Source: an uncultured delta proteobacterium
Lineage (GTDB): Bacteria > Myxococcota > Myxococcia > Myxococcales > Myxococcaceae
Assembly: GCA_963771175.1 (NCBI GenBank)
Contig: CAVYSY010000030.1
Location: 192,001 to 256,000, forward strand
Direction: 5' to 3'
DNA length: 64,000 bases
Shown: positions 43,909-55,894 of the stretch, piece by piece
Position numbering within the stretch: position 1 is the stretch's first letter
Layout of the letters: each line of letters opens with the position of its first letter
Position numbers and translations under genes: made by a program
The notes under the pieces: generated by a model
Database searches by the model: none
What the model was told of the DNA's origin: nothing
The model's input: only the letters and a program-made list of their open reading frames with translations

Positions 43909-43947
43909 GTCGGTGGTGCGGAAGGGCGGCTCCAGGCCGCCCGCGTC

Positions 43948-44594
43948 TCAGGGATGCAGCTTCTCGTGCCGGGCGAGCATCTCGACGAATTGCGCGATGC
44001 GCCTGGCGCGGGTCTCGGCCTTCTTCGCGGTGTGGATCCGGAACAGCACCGCGTAGCGGTTCGCGCGTCGAGCGTGGCGAAGAACGCGGCCGCGCGGGCG
44101 TTCGCGGCGAGGGCGGCCGAGAGGTCCTCGGGCACGGTCGCGCGGCTCGGCGAGTCGTAGGCCGCCTCCCAGCGTCCGTCCCGCTTCGCGCGCTCGACCT
44201 GCGCGAGCCCCGGCGGCTTCATCTCGCCCGAGGCGATGAGCGCCAGCGCCTTGTCGCGATTGATCTTCGACCAGATGCTCTTGGGGCCGCGCGGCGTGAA
44301 CTTCTGGAGCCACGACGTATCGTCGAGGCTCTTCTTCTGGCCGTCGATCCACCCCCACGCGAGCGCCACCTCGAGCGCCTCCGCGTAGGTGATCGACTCG
44401 ATGCCGGACGCCTTCTTGGCGAGCTTCAGCCACACGCCGCGCGACGACGCGTGGTTCGAGGCAAGCCACGCGGCCCACGCGCGAGGCTGCGCGAAGGAGA
44501 TGATCGGTATCTCCCCCACGGGCGCTGTTTTCGTCTCGGGGGTCTTCGTCTTCGCGGCGGCCTTCTTCGTCGCGGTCTTCTTCGTCGGGCTCAT
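43948..44594 (-). CDS. YdeI/OmpD-associated family protein; frameshift near 44060
   Basis: W..WL..NH, ITY.EAL..AL.WGWIDG, FTPR..KS.WS.IN, VP.DL..AL, NRYA.L.RI..AKK.ETR.RRI. Confidence 0.9.
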
Positions 44595-44614
44595 CCGGTC
44601 CCTCCCGTCGTTCT

Positions 44615-45310
44615 TCAGTTCCACTCCTCCGAGGGGGCGCAGAGTTGCTCGCGCAACTGCGCCACCGGGGTCTCCCAGTGCGACTCCCACGGGAAGCTGG
44701 CGAAGTGCCGGGACCTGCCGCCGCGCCGGAACGCGGCCCACAGCCGTCGCCTGTACTCGGCCGCGTCGAACTCGGGGTATCCGCTTGTGCATATCCCGCG
44801 ACGAGAAGAGGAGGATGAGCACCGCGGTGGGGAGGTGGAGGTTGCCCAGGATGAACGCCTGCAGCTCCATTTCGCCCACGACGTCGGTCTTGTAGCCCGT
44901 CACCACGTGGAAGAGGTCATGCGTCTCCCGCACGCGCTTGCCGATGTACTGGATGTCGGTGATTACCTGATGGGTGGTCGGGAACGGTTTGATGTCATTG
45001 TCCCGGAAGTAGCGCACGAGCTCGTGGCCGAGCGTTCCCGGCGGCAGTTTCTCCAAGGACTCCAGGTCCAGGTCTCCGGCCCGCAGCGAAGGTCGCTCGG
45101 AGAGCAGCCGGCGCCCCTCGTCACTCCGGGAGAACGCGCGGGCCAGCGACTTGTAGACATCGATATCGAGGCAGTCGTTGAAGAGGGGACCGTAGACCGG
45201 GTCCGCGGCGTCGCGCTTCAGGACCTCCAGGGCCCGCCAGGCCGTGCGCAGGCGCGTGATCAGCGAGGCGTTCTCGGGCAGGGCCGGGGGCGGGGGGCGA
45301 TGTCGGGCAT
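44615..45310 (-). CDS. COQ4-like protein; frameshifts near 45290, 45085 and 44780
   Basis: GRRLL.ERP, L..LPPGTLG, Y..KR.RETHD..HVVTGY.TD..GE.ELQAF motif. Confidence 0.8.
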
Positions 45311-45455
45311 GGGGGGTTCCAGGATGAATGGACGGGGATGAACCCGGATCTTCTCCTGATTCTGTTGTCTCGCGAAGGGGCCTGGGTCAAACGCGCTGCG
45401 GGGTGACGCGGCCCCGGTTAGGGTTGCCGACAGCCCAGAGACACCAGGAGAACGG

Positions 45456-45896
45456 ATGACGACGATCAACGCGGCGGCGAGCGGCACCTTCCGGATTGGT
45501 GGCGACCTCGAGGTGAACCGGCTCGGTTTCGGTGCGATGCGCATCACCGGCAGTGGAATCTGGGGGGACCCGGAAGATCCGCGGGAGGCGCGTCGTACCG
45601 TGGCGCGCGTCCCCGAGCTGGGGATCAACTTCATCGATACCGCCGACAGCTACGGGCCCTTCGTCAGCGAGGAGCTCCTCGCGGAGGTCCTCTCTCCGTA
45701 CAAGCGTGGCCTGGTGATCGCCACCAAGGGCGGGTTGACCCGGCACGGGCCGAACATCTGGCCTCCCCTCGGTCGGCCGGAGTACCTCGAGGAGAACACC
45801 GCGGCGGCCACCGTGAAGCTGAGCGACGAGGACTTCCGCGCCCTCGACGCCCAGGGGCAGGAGGCCTGGCGCGCGCAACAGGCCTCGCGGCGCTGA
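45456..45896 (+). pseudogene. Aldo/keto reductase with a large in-frame internal deletion
   Basis: AKR N-terminus ([32 protein letters not shown]) joined directly to the AKR C-terminal tail (LEEN.AA..VKLS.ED); only 146 aa. Confidence 0.8.
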
Positions 45897-45927
45897 GCCC
45901 GTCCGTCACGCCCCCAGGCTGGCATGG

Positions 45928-46554
45928 CTACGGTTTTCGTGTGGCCTCTTGTTCGTCCCGAATGGCAATCGCCACCAGCTTCCGGAGGTGCTCCCGGACA
46001 TCCTCCGGCCAGGGGTGGATGAGCTGCTCGAAGCGCTCGTGCTTCTTCGCGAAGAGGGCTCGCGAGGCCTCCTCGAAGCCGGGGAAGTCTCCCGCCAGGG
46101 CGTGCATGAACTTGTAGGCCGCTTCCTGGGAACGCCGGGCCTTGTCCGTGCCCTGGCTGTTGCGCTTCGCCTCCTCGACGAGCTTCCGCAAGGTCACCGA
46201 GGCGCCGCCCGGTTGCGCGTTGAGCCACTCCCAATGGCGGGGCAGGAGCGAGACCTCCCGGGAGACGACCCCCAGCTTCGGTCGTCCCGGCCCCGCCCTC
46301 CGGGTCTCTTCCGCTCTCTCGGACCCGGTCTCCCTGGCGCTCCTCTCGGCGAGCCTGCCCAGGACCTCCTCGGCGGTCCCTCGCAGCTCCGGATGGACCT
46401 GGTTGCCCGTCTCGTCCTCGAAGATGATGACCGACGCGCTCTCGTTCCGAGCGAGCCACTCCCGGGCCTTCAAGGCGACTTCCGCCAGCGCTCCCGACGC
46501 GATGCGGCGGTGTCCCGCGAAGCCCGTGTAATGCTTCGAGTTCTCCTCCCCCAT
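45928..46554 (-). CDS. DUF2239 family protein
   Basis: F.G.RRIASG.L, IF.D.TG, GPGRPKLGVV.REV.LLPRHWEWL..QPGGASVTLRKLVE, AGD.PGFEEA.RALFA. Confidence 0.92.
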   Translation of the reverse strand: MGEENSKHYTGFAGHRRIASGALAEVALKAREWLARNESASVIIFEDETGNQVHPELRGTAEEVLGRLAERSARETGSERAEETRRAGPGRPKLGVVSREVSLLPRHWEWLNAQPGGASVTLRKLVEEAKRNSQGTDKARRSQEAAYKFMHALAGDFPGFEEASRALFAKKHERFEQLIHPWPEDVREHLRKLVAIAIRDEQEATRKP

Positions 46555-46651
46555 GTCCGCTTCCTTTCCGCGATTCATGAAATCACCCGGGTAGAAGCCC
46601 AGGGCAATAATACCCGGATAGAATCGTGGCGGACGCGGGCGGGGATGGGGC

Positions 46652-47717
46652 TCAGACCAGGGGAAGGGCCGCCACGGTGGCCTCGGCCGGGCCGTCGCCC
46701 ACCGCCAGCACCGTCCCCGGCTCCAGCTGGTCCCTGTGCACGTACCCCAGCGCCACCGACTGCCCCTGGCGCGGCGAGTGCACCACGGTGGTCAGCCAAC
46801 CCACCTTCTTGCCGTCCTTCTTCAGCTCGGTGCCGGGCGCCGCCTCGGTGGCCCCGAGCAGGAGGCCCGCGAGGGTGCGGTTCATGTGCCCTCGGAAGGT
46901 GGCCCGCGCGATGACCTCCTGCCCGATGTAGCAGCCCTTGTTGTACGAGATGGCGTGCGTGAGGTTCGCCTCCAGCGGGATGGTGGTCTCCACCATGTCC
47001 TGGCCGAAGCGCGGCACGCCCGCCTCCACCCGCAGCATCTCCAGCGCCTCGCAAGCCCAGCGGCTTCAGCCCGAAGGCCTGCCCGCCGCCACCAGCGCCT
47101 TCCACACCGCCTCCAGCCCGCGCGCGGCACCAGCAGGTCCACCCCGGGCGGCCCAGCCCGGGTGGAGCCCACCAGCAGCACGTCCTGGCCGGCCAGCGTG
47201 GCGGCGCGGGTGGCGTCCTGGGGCAGCGGGGCGAACGGGCCTCCCAGCGCGGCGCCCAGCAGCTCGGCCGTCCGGGGCCCTAGCAGCCGGAGCACCGCGA
47301 GCTCACCCGTCGCGTCGTGCAGCTCCGCGTCCTCGGAGATGAGGTACTTCTCCAGGAACTCCCGCACCTGGACCCCATCCCGGGCTCCACGTCCAGGAGC
47401 AGGTCGTCCTCGCGCCGCAGGATGCGGGCGTCCGCCACCATGGCCCCCTTCACCGTCATCATGGCCGCGTAGGTCGCCGCCCCGGCCGCCAGCCCCTTTA
47501 CTTCCTGGGTGACCATCCCGTGCAGGAAGCTGGCGCGGTCCTCCCCGGTTATCCGCAGCGCTTCACGATAGGTGGCATCATGGAGGGCCACCGCTTCCCG
47601 GGCCGCCCGGTACTCCGGCTCCACATCCCCGTAATCGGCCGCCACTTCCCGTCCGTTGACATCCTGGAAGCGGGCGCCTGCCTGCTCATGAAGAAAATGC
47701 AGAGACAGCGGTTCCAT
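46652..47717 (-). CDS. GcvT/YgfZ folate-binding protein; frameshifts near 47370, 47120 and 47050-47080
   Basis: ITGEDRASFLHGMVTQ, LRVEAGVP, ISYNKGCYIGQEV.AR motif. Confidence 0.9.
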
Positions 47718-47755
47718 GTCCGTCGCTATATAGAGGCCCGGGAGTGAATGCCACG

Positions 47756-48082
47756 ATGGATGTGAGACACCTGTCGGACTTCCTCGGCTTCTCCGCCGAG
47801 AAGCTCCAGAAGCACAACCTCTTCAAGTCCGAGCGCTTCTTCCTGGACGTGTACTGCCTCACTCCCGGCCAGTCCCAGAAGCCTCACCGGCACGCCACCT
47901 CGGACAAGGTGTACCTCGTCCTCGAGGGGCAGTGCCGTTTCCGCATCGGCACCGACGAGGCCTCCCATGGCCCCGGTGCCGCCCTCTTCGCACCCGCGGG
48001 CGTCGAGCACGGCGTCACCAATGACGGCCCCGACAACGCCCGCCTCCTCGTCATGATGACCCCCCCTCCGGAGCACGCATGA
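47756..48082 (+). CDS. Cupin domain protein
   Basis: PGQSQKPHRH...DKVY.VLEG, PAGVEHGV.N. Confidence 0.9.
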   Translation: MDVRHLSDFLGFSAEKLQKHNLFKSERFFLDVYCLTPGQSQKPHRHATSDKVYLVLEGQCRFRIGTDEASHGPGAALFAPAGVEHGVTNDGPDNARLLVMMTPPPEHA

Positions 48083-49423
48083 GCAAGAAGGCCAATCCGC
48101 CCCCTCCCGTCCCGGTCCGTGGTGCCCAGGTGCTGCTCGCCCTGGGCCTCGCCGAGAGCGCGCTCGCCATCTACCAGTGGAGCGAGCTCCTCACCCTGCG
48201 CGGTGGCGGCACGACCCTGTGCGGCATTTCCGAGCGCATCAACTGCGAGACGGTGTGGAACTCGCCCTTCGCCAGCGCGGTGCACGAGCTGGCGCGCATG
48301 CCGGTGGCCGGGCTCGGCCTGGTGTGGGGCATCGTCGCCGTGGCGCTCTCCGCCCTCTACCTCGTGTGGCGCGCGCAGCGGGTACACCGTGCGGCCCGCC
48401 ATCAACGGTCTGCGCCTGACGGCCGCGGCCGGCGTGGCGTCCAGCGCTCGTCTTCGCCGCCGCGAGCGCGAGCTCCGGGGCGCTGTGTCCCACGTGTCTG
48501 GCCACCTACGGACTGACGCTCGCCTTCGCGGGGGTGGCGTGGCGCGGGCTGTCCGGCCCCGTCCTGCCGCAGGCCGGTGAGTGGGGCCGCGCCCTCCAGT
48601 GGACGGGTGGCTTCGCCGTGGCCGGCTACCTCGCGCTGCTGGTGCCCGGCACGCAGACCCCCAGGGCCTCCGCTACCGAGCAGAGCGCCAACGCGCCTCG
48701 TCACGCCCCTCCCGGCGTCGCTGGAGGCGTACCTGAAGGGCCTCACCCCGAGGGAGCAGCAGGCCGTCTCCAACGCGCTCGCCCGCTACCGCCAGGAGGA
48801 GCCCCAGGCGGCCCATGCGCCCGCTCGCCACCGCTACGGGCCCGAGAACGCGCCGGTGAAGATGGTTGAGTGGACGGACAGCCGGTGCCCCCACTGCAAG
48901 TCCCTGGTGGAGGTGCTCTCCCTCATGAAGAAGCGCCTCCCCGAGGGCAAGCTGTCGCTGGAGGCCCGCCAGTTCCCGCTCGACGCCGCCTGCAACCCGG
49001 CCATGCCCCCGCGGGCCGTGGACCCCTCGGGCGTCCGCTGCCTGGCCGCCAAGGCGCAGATCTGCCTGGAGGGCGCCCCCGACTTCTGGACGCTGCGCGA
49101 GAAGCTCTTCGCCGAGCAGGCCGCGCTCTCGCCCGAGAAGGTGATGGACATCGCTCTCCTCCGGCTCCGTGAGCGCTCGCGGCTCGAGGCGTGCGTCTCC
49201 AGCCGGAGACCGGCCGGAAGATGCATCGAGGACGTGGAGTACGCGATGAAGCACCACCTGGAGGGCACGCCGCTCGTGGTCGTCAACGGTCGCAACGCGG
49301 CGGCCATCGAGCCCTTCCTGTACGCGCTGATCCTGGCGGACGGGGATGCCAACGCCCCGGCCTTCAGCGTGCTGCCGCAGCCGCAGGCGCAGGCGCTCGC
49401 AGGCCCACGACCACCCGCACTGA
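48079..49423 (+). CDS. VKOR-DsbA (thioredoxin-fold) fusion disulfide-bond protein; several frameshifts
   Basis: LCGISERINCETVWNS (VKOR loop), LCPTCL, then GPENAPV..VEW.D..CPHC, FPLD.ACN, GTP.VVVNG. Confidence 0.85.
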
Positions 49424-49433
49424 GTGGGACACC

Positions 49434-49813
49434 ATGGGTAAGCGCGACAAGAAGCCGCAGGAGTCGCCCGCCCCGGCGGCGCCCTTCCACAACCCCTTCG
49501 CCGCGCTGGCCTCAAGCGCGAGGAGCTGCCCGCGGGGCCGGCTCCCGCGCCGGTGAAGGCCGAGGAGCGCAAGGGCCCCGCGCGCGCCGTGGTGCGCATG
49601 GAGCGCAAGGGCCGCGGCGGCAAGGAGGTGACGGTGGTGGAGCAGCTCGGGCTGCCGGCCGCGGAGCTGGAGAAGTGGCTGAAGGCCCTCAAGGGGGGCC
49701 TCGGCTGCGGCGGTACCGTGGAGGACGACACCCTGGTGCTGCAGGGCGACCAGCGCGAGCGTCTGCCCGCGCTGCTGGAGGCCCGAGGCGTGCGCCGGGT
49801 GACGGTGGGCTGA
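49434..49813 (+). CDS. Translation initiation factor SUI1/YciH-like; frameshifted
   Basis: MGKRDKK..FHNPFAAL; VRMERKGRGGKEVTVV, LK..LGCGGTV, LQGDQR. Confidence 0.85.
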
Positions 49814-49897
49814 GGGCCCAGGTGGCTTGTCGGGAGGTGCGGAGTGGGGGAGGGTGGAGCCCGGGAGGCTCGACACCCTCACCCTCCCGCGGGGGGA

Positions 49898-50901
49898 CTA
49901 CAGCGCCGCGATGACCGCGTCGGTGAACTCGCGCGTGGTGGCGCTGCCGCCCAGGTCTCCGGTGCGCACCTTGCCCTCGCCGTACACCTTGGGCAGCGCG
50001 TTCTCGAAGCGGCGTGCTTCCTCGCGCATGTCGAGCCAGTCCAGCATCATCACCGCCGACATCATCAGCGCGGTGGGGTTGGCCAGGCCCTTGCCGGCGA
50101 TGTCCGGCGCCGTGCCGTGGACCGCCTCGAAGACCGCCGTGCGCTCGCCGATGTTGGCGCCGGGCACCAGGCCCAGGCCGCCCACCAGGCCCGCGCACAG
50201 GTCGCTGATGATGTCGCCGTACAGGTTCTCCATCACCAGCACGTCGTAGCGGGTCGGGTCCTTCACCAGCTGCATGCAGAGGTTGTCGACGATGACTTCC
50301 TCGTACTGGATCTCCGGGTACTCCCGGGCCACCTTGCGGGAGCAGTCGAGGAAGAGGCCGTCGGACAGCTTCATGATGTTGGCCTTGTGGACGGCGGTCA
50401 CCTTCTTGCGCCCGTGCTTCTTGGCGTACTCGAAGGCGAAGCGGGCGATGCGCGTGGAGGCCTTCTCGGTGATGATCTTGAGCGACTCGACCACGCCCGG
50501 CACGATGATGTGCTCGAGGCCGGCGTAGAGGCTCTCGGTGTTCTCGCGCACCACCACGAGGTCCACGTTCTCGTAGCGCGTCTTCACGCCGGGCACGCTC
50601 TTGACGGGGCGCAGCAGGCGTAGAGGTCCAGGCGCTTGCGCAGGCCCACGTTGGCCGAGGCCATGCCGCCGCCCACCACCGTGCCCGTGGGGCCCTTGAG
50701 CGCCACGCCGCTGCGCAGCACCGCCTCCACCGTCTCGTGGGGCAGGTTGGTGCCGTACTTGGCGATGACCTCGGCGCCCGCGTCCTTGAACTCGAACTCG
50801 AGGGGGACCTTGAGCGCCTCGAGGACGCGGATGGTGGCCGCCATCACCTCGGGGCCGATGCCGTCGCCGTTGATGACCGTGACCGTACGCGTATTCGCCA
50901 T
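49898..50901 (-). CDS. Isocitrate/isopropylmalate dehydrogenase family (NAD-IDH-like); frameshift near 50618
   Basis: GDGIGPEV, ALKGP, SANV.LRK.LDLY, RENTE, VHKANIMK.SDGLF, NLYGDI.SD, FEAVHGTAPDIAG. Confidence 0.92.
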
Positions 50902-50969
50902 GGTGCTCGCGCTTCAATCACAAAACACAGGGGCCCGGAAGGAGGAAAACCTTCCGGGCCCAGCCGGAG

Positions 50970-51786
50970 CTAATGCATTGGTGGAGTCTGGACGGGAGGC
51001 GGGGGCTGCGCGCCTGGGGAGGAGGCGGGCGAGCGGCGGCCGCGGCGGCGCGGGGAGAGCGTGGCGTAGGGCCGGTAGAAGGACTCCCAGCAGGGTGGCG
51101 CGGCGCCCGCGCGGCCGGCTGCGCAGCTCTCCCAGCGGGGCCCGGGTGAAGAAGGACGCCACGAAGAGGTAGGCGAACACCAGCACGAGCAGGAAGAGGA
51201 CCACGCCATCACCACCCCGCCATGCAGGGGGCCGACGTGCGCGCGGTCCACGAACTCCTTGAAGCTCCTGGGGGCGGTCGGGGTGGCTGTACACCTTGAC
51301 GAACCAGGAGAGCGTTCAGCACCAGCAGGATGGGGCCGTAGGCGCGGTTGAGGCGGGTGGAGATGGCGGAGAAGAGCGAGAGTTGAGATCTGCGGCCGCT
51401 CCAGCTCAGGGTGACCAGCTCGCGCAGGGCGTCGGGGTCCGCCGGCTCGCGGCGCAGCATGGGAATCCAGTAGCCCGTCCTCCAGCAGCCGGACGCGCCG
51501 CTTCCACAGGTCGTAGTAGCGGTAGCGGCGCGCCTCGATGCGCAGGAAGGACAGCACCATCCAGATGCCCACGATGAAGATGACGTGGGAGGCTGGTGTG
51601 GCGGAGAAGCCGAAGGAGATGACCGCCGCGGTGGTGGTGAGGGACCAGTTGGTGGTGGTGTCCAGGCGTGAGCGCCAGGTGTCCGAGCGGCTGAGCTCGC
51701 CCCGGTACAACTGGGCCATGGCCTGCTTCCGAGATGGCGGGTCCCTCGTACTCGTTCTTGTCCCGCTCGTTACCGTCGTTGGCCAT
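50970..51786 (-). CDS. DUF2270 family membrane protein; several frameshifts
   Basis: AMAQLYRGEL.RS.TWR.RLDTTTNW, L.IEARRYRYYD.W..RVR.LE, A...RL.R.Y. Confidence 0.82.
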
Positions 51787-51858
51787 CCGGTGTTCTCTCC
51801 TGGGCAGCACAGGCGGGTGGCCAGCCCGGCCCGCCGTGCGCACCCTCCCGGAGGAACC

Positions 51859-53944
51859 ATGGCCATTCCCTTCCTCCACGACACCCCGCCGCCCGTGGAT
51901 CCGGTGGCCGCGCTGCTCCAACTCCTGGAAGCGGAGGAGGAGCGCGTGGTGCGCCTGTGGTCCAAGCGCATCCACGCGGAGACGTACGAGGTGGCCATCC
52001 CCGGGCGCAGCCTGCGCGCCCCCCTGCGCCGACTCCTGGACGAGCTCGTCCGCCTGCTCAGGGACCGGGGGGCCGACGCCTTGCGCCTCTGGCCAGAGGT
52101 GGTGCGCTCGCACGGGGCGCGCCGCTACGACCAGCGCTTCGAGGCGGAGGACCTGGCGCGCGAGTTCAAGGCGCTGGAGGAGGTGCTCCTGCACGTGTAC
52201 GCCCGGCGCAACGGCGTGCTGGAGCCGGAGGTGGCCGAGCTTCATCGTGGAGCTGGTGGGCGAGGCGCATGCCTCGGCGCAGGCCTCCTTCGCGCGGGTG
52301 CTGAGGACGGAGGAGGTGCGCTTCCGCGAGGCGGCGGTGATGGAGTCGCGTGCTCCACCACGTGGAGGTGGGCATCCTCCTGGCCGAGATGGACGGCACG
52401 GTGTCGTTCGCCACGCCGCCGGTGAGCCGGCTCGTCGGCGTGCCGCTGCGGTCGGTGGTGGGCGGCCGCTCGACCGTCGGCGCTGACGACGGTGCTCACC
52501 CAGGTGAACGCGCCACAACCCGAACGGCGAGCCCTTCAAGGTCGCGGACCTGCCCTTCATGCGAGCGCTGAGGGAGCGCGGCCCGGTGCGCGGGGTGCTG
52601 GTGCGTGGTGGAGCGGCCCGGCGGTGGCGAGGCCATCCTGGAGATGAGCGCCACGCCCCTGTGGGAGGAGGGGGCCGGGCGAGCTGGCCGGCGTCATCCA
52701 GACGTTGACCGACCGGACCGAGGCGGCCAGCAAGACGCAAGGCGCTGGTGAGCGCCCACGACGAGCTGCGGCGGCTGCAGGGGCGCCTCCTGCAGCGCAC
52801 GCGCACCCAGGCGCTGGGGCAGCTCGCGGGCGGCGCCGCGCACGCGCTCAACAACTTCCTCAACGTGCTGCGGCTGCGGATCACGCTGCTGCGGCGCGAG
52901 TTCAAGCCCGGAGCACCTGGACGCGCTGGACAAGCACGGTGGGCAACATCGGCGAGCTGGTGGCGCGGCTGCAGGAGTTCAGCGTGCAGCGCACCGAGGA
53001 GCAGCTCACGGACGTGGAGGTGGACGCGATGGTGCGCGAGGCGCTGGAGCTGGCGCGCGGCGGAGCTGGAGCAGCGCGAGCACCCGGTGGACGCTGGAGT
53101 CGCGGCTCGGCAGCCCGGGCGCGACGGTGCGCGTGGACGCGGGCTTCTTCCGCGAGCTGGTGGTGAACCTGCTGCTTGCCGCGCAGGACCGCATGGCGAC
53201 GAGGGCGGGCGGGTGCGAGCTCGAGCACGCGGGCGGAGGCGGACGGCTGGCTGACGCTGCGCATCGAGGACTCCGCGGCCGCCCTACTCGGAGGAGGACC
53301 TGGCGCAGCTCTTCGACCCGCTCAACCGCGCGGCGAGGGCGCCGCAGCTCTCGCTGCTGCTGGCGGTGGCGCGCAACCAGGTGCAGCGCTGGGGCGGCGA
53401 GCTGACGGTGGAGAACATGCCCGAGGGCGCATGGGCGACGGCCTTCGTGGTGCGGCTGCCGCTGCGCGCGCGCGGTGGAGGAGAAGGCCGGGGCGGGCGG
53501 AGACCGGCCCGCGGTGCGCGCCCGCGCCCGCGGCGCTTCCAGCAGACGCGCCGGGTGCTGGTGGTGGACGACGACCTGGACAACGCCCGGATGATGGCGG
53601 AGGTGCTCGGCGAGGAGGGCTACGACGTGAAGGTGGCCTGCAGCGGGGATGTGGCGCTGAAGCTGTGGGAGGAGCGCCGCTACGACGCCGCCCTGCTGGA
53701 CGCGCTGATGCCGGACATGTCGGGGTGGGAGGTGGCGCGCGAGCTGCGCAAGCGCTCGCCCCAGGCGCTGCTGGCCATCGTCACCGGCATGGACGTGCGC
53801 GGGCAGAACCGCGCCAACCTCGCGCTGGTGGACGCCGTGTTCCGCAAGCCCATCGACGTGGGCGCGCTGGACGACTTCCTCGGCCAGTCGGAGTCGCCCT
53901 CGGCTGGCGGCGCGGCCGGGGCGGGGTCTCCTCCTCCGGCGTGA
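51859..53944 (+). CDS. Hybrid sensor: RsbRD_N-like - PAS - HisKA - degenerate HATPase - receiver; many frameshifts
   Basis: GGAGGA RBS; HG..RY..RF...DL.REF..L; VGILLAE.DG.V; LGQLAGGAAHALNN.L; ELVVNLL; VLVVDDD, LLDALMPDMSG, FRKP. Confidence 0.78.
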
Positions 53945-53954
53945 GGCCCGGGGC

Positions 53955-54917
53955 TCACGGTGACGCGGCGGGCTGCTCGGGCAGGGTGGCGCCCGTGGCC
54001 TCGACGGGGCGGCCGGGGGTGATGAGCGGCCGCTCCAGCCGGGCCCGGTCCCACTTCGCGAGGTCCGCGCCCGCGTCGTAGGTGCTCTGGAAGAAGTCGA
54101 GCAGGAGCGCCCTCGGGTCGCTGGCCTTCCGGACGTCGTCGTACTTCAGCAGGTATTCCTTGAAGCCCGAGTCGTACCAGGCGGCGCGCGGGCGGATGTC
54201 CGCGGTGGAGAAGCCCGGCGGCTCCGGGGCGGCGTAGCAGTAGAAGGCCGGTCCTCCCAGTTGCTCGGTGCCGGGCCAGAAGCCGGCGCTGATGACCTCC
54301 TCGCAGTAGGCCTCGCGGGTGATCGGCGTCCGCTCCGGGGCGCTCGGGCGCGGGGCGGCCCGAGAAGCGGGTCACCGCCAGGTCGAAGCTGCCCCAGAAG
54401 AAGTGCACCGGGCTGCACTTGCCGGTGAAGCGGGCGCGGAACTCCTTGAGGAGGGTGTCCGCCTGCACCAGCGCGAGCCACCAGCGGTGCGCGTACTCCG
54501 GGTCGTACGAGGCGTGGTGCCGGTCCTCGCTGAAGCGCGTGACGTCGTCTGGAATCTCCTGCGGGCACGTCGCTGATGGTCACCTCGACGCCCAGCGAGC
54601 GCAGCGTGGCCATGACGTCCCGGTAGAACTCGGCCACCGGGCGGGCCTCCAGCGCGAGCACCCGCTGCTCGCCCGTGCTCGTGCGGAAGAGCAGCTCGTG
54701 GTCGATGAAGTCGAAGTCCACCTCGAAGACGCCGCCGCGCGAAGGGGATGGGCGAGGTGGTGAGCCCGCGCGCCGTCACGTACAGCGCCACCTGCCACCA
54801 GTGGTTCATCCTCGGGGCCAGCGCGAGTCGCACCTTGCCGATGACTTGCGTGTAGCGGTGGAGCGTGGCGAGCGTGTCCTTCCACGCCCGCAGTGGCAGT
54901 TCCGGCCATGCGTCCAT
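53955..54917 (-). CDS. DUF5996 family protein; frameshifted
   Basis: WPELP...W.DT..TLH.YTQ..GKVRL, NHWWQV.LY.T.RGLTT, FR.RF.GK.SPVHFFWGSFDLAVTRFSGR, S.GFWPG, AFY.Y..P.P. Confidence 0.85.
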
Positions 54918-55182
54918 GGTCTCTCCCCTCGATGGAGCGGTGTCCGGTCCTCAATGTTGGCTCCGACCGGAGAAGGAGCCATCGTCACGAAGGAAGTCGG
55001 ACGCCGGAGGAGCGGGAGGAGGGGGGCCCCGCTGCCGCGTCGCCGACGCGACACTGGGAATGGATTTCTCCAGGCTCGAGGACAGACCGCGGTGTGCCGG
55101 GCGCCCCCCTCGACTGACGGCGAGGGGCGGAGCGGGTACAGTGCTCCGTGCGGGCCGTGTCACGACGCGCTGCGGGGGACTC

Positions 55183-55809
55183 ATGCACATGGACGCAGGG
55201 CGGGCGGAGTGGCCGATGGCCTCGCCCGGGTCGGACGAGGACCTGGAACTGCGGCTGGCGATGGCTTCTCCGTCGGACACGGCGCGCGGCATGTTCCTCC
55301 GGGCCACGCTGGAGGCGGTGCGCACCCTGGGGGACGAGGGGCTGGTCCAGCGCTGCCTGGCCGCGGGCGGGGAGGAGAAGCTGGTGGACTTCTTCATCTA
55401 CCCCGTCGCCATGAACCTCCGGATGGTCTTCACCGCCGCGCGCATGCTGGAGCCGCGGTGCGGGAGCCTCGACGGGGCGCTCCGGCTGCTCGGGCGCGGG
55501 GCGGGGGAGTGCTTCCTGGCCTCCACGGCGGGGCTGGCGCTCCAGTTCCTCGCCCGGGGAGACACGAAGCGGTTGGTGGGCAACCTGCCCTCGGCCTATC
55601 GGGCCTCGGTGAGCTTCGGGGTGCGCTCGGTGGTGTGGACGGGGCGCACGCGCGGCCGCTTCACCATGCGGCGCGAGTTCATGCCCTCCCCCTTCCAGGA
55701 GGGCATGCTGCTGGGGGTGCTGGAGAAGGCCCACGCGAAGGGCGCCCGGGTGTGCGGGCATCAGCTCTCGACGCTGGAGAGCGACTACGACATCTCCTGG
55801 GAGCTGTGA
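55183..55809 (+). CDS. DUF2378 / TIGR02265 family protein
   Basis: L..RL..A.P.DTARGMF, FF.YP, LPSAYRA.V.FG.R, FMP..F.EG.L, YDISW. Confidence 0.88.
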   Translation: MHMDAGRAEWPMASPGSDEDLELRLAMASPSDTARGMFLRATLEAVRTLGDEGLVQRCLAAGGEEKLVDFFIYPVAMNLRMVFTAARMLEPRCGSLDGALRLLGRGAGECFLASTAGLALQFLARGDTKRLVGNLPSAYRASVSFGVRSVVWTGRTRGRFTMRREFMPSPFQEGMLLGVLEKAHAKGARVCGHQLSTLESDYDISWEL

Positions 55810-55894
55810 GCGCCTCCGCCTCGACGGGCCAGGCCTGCGTCCGCTCTGCGCTGGCGCTGTTTGAATCCCGTCCCACGGAAATCTTGAATAGTGT

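Noticed and set aside
43776..45056. Apparent COQ4-YdeI fusion (426 aa)
   Set aside because: Read-through created by the frameshift near 44780; COQ4 ends at 44615 and YdeI starts at 44594
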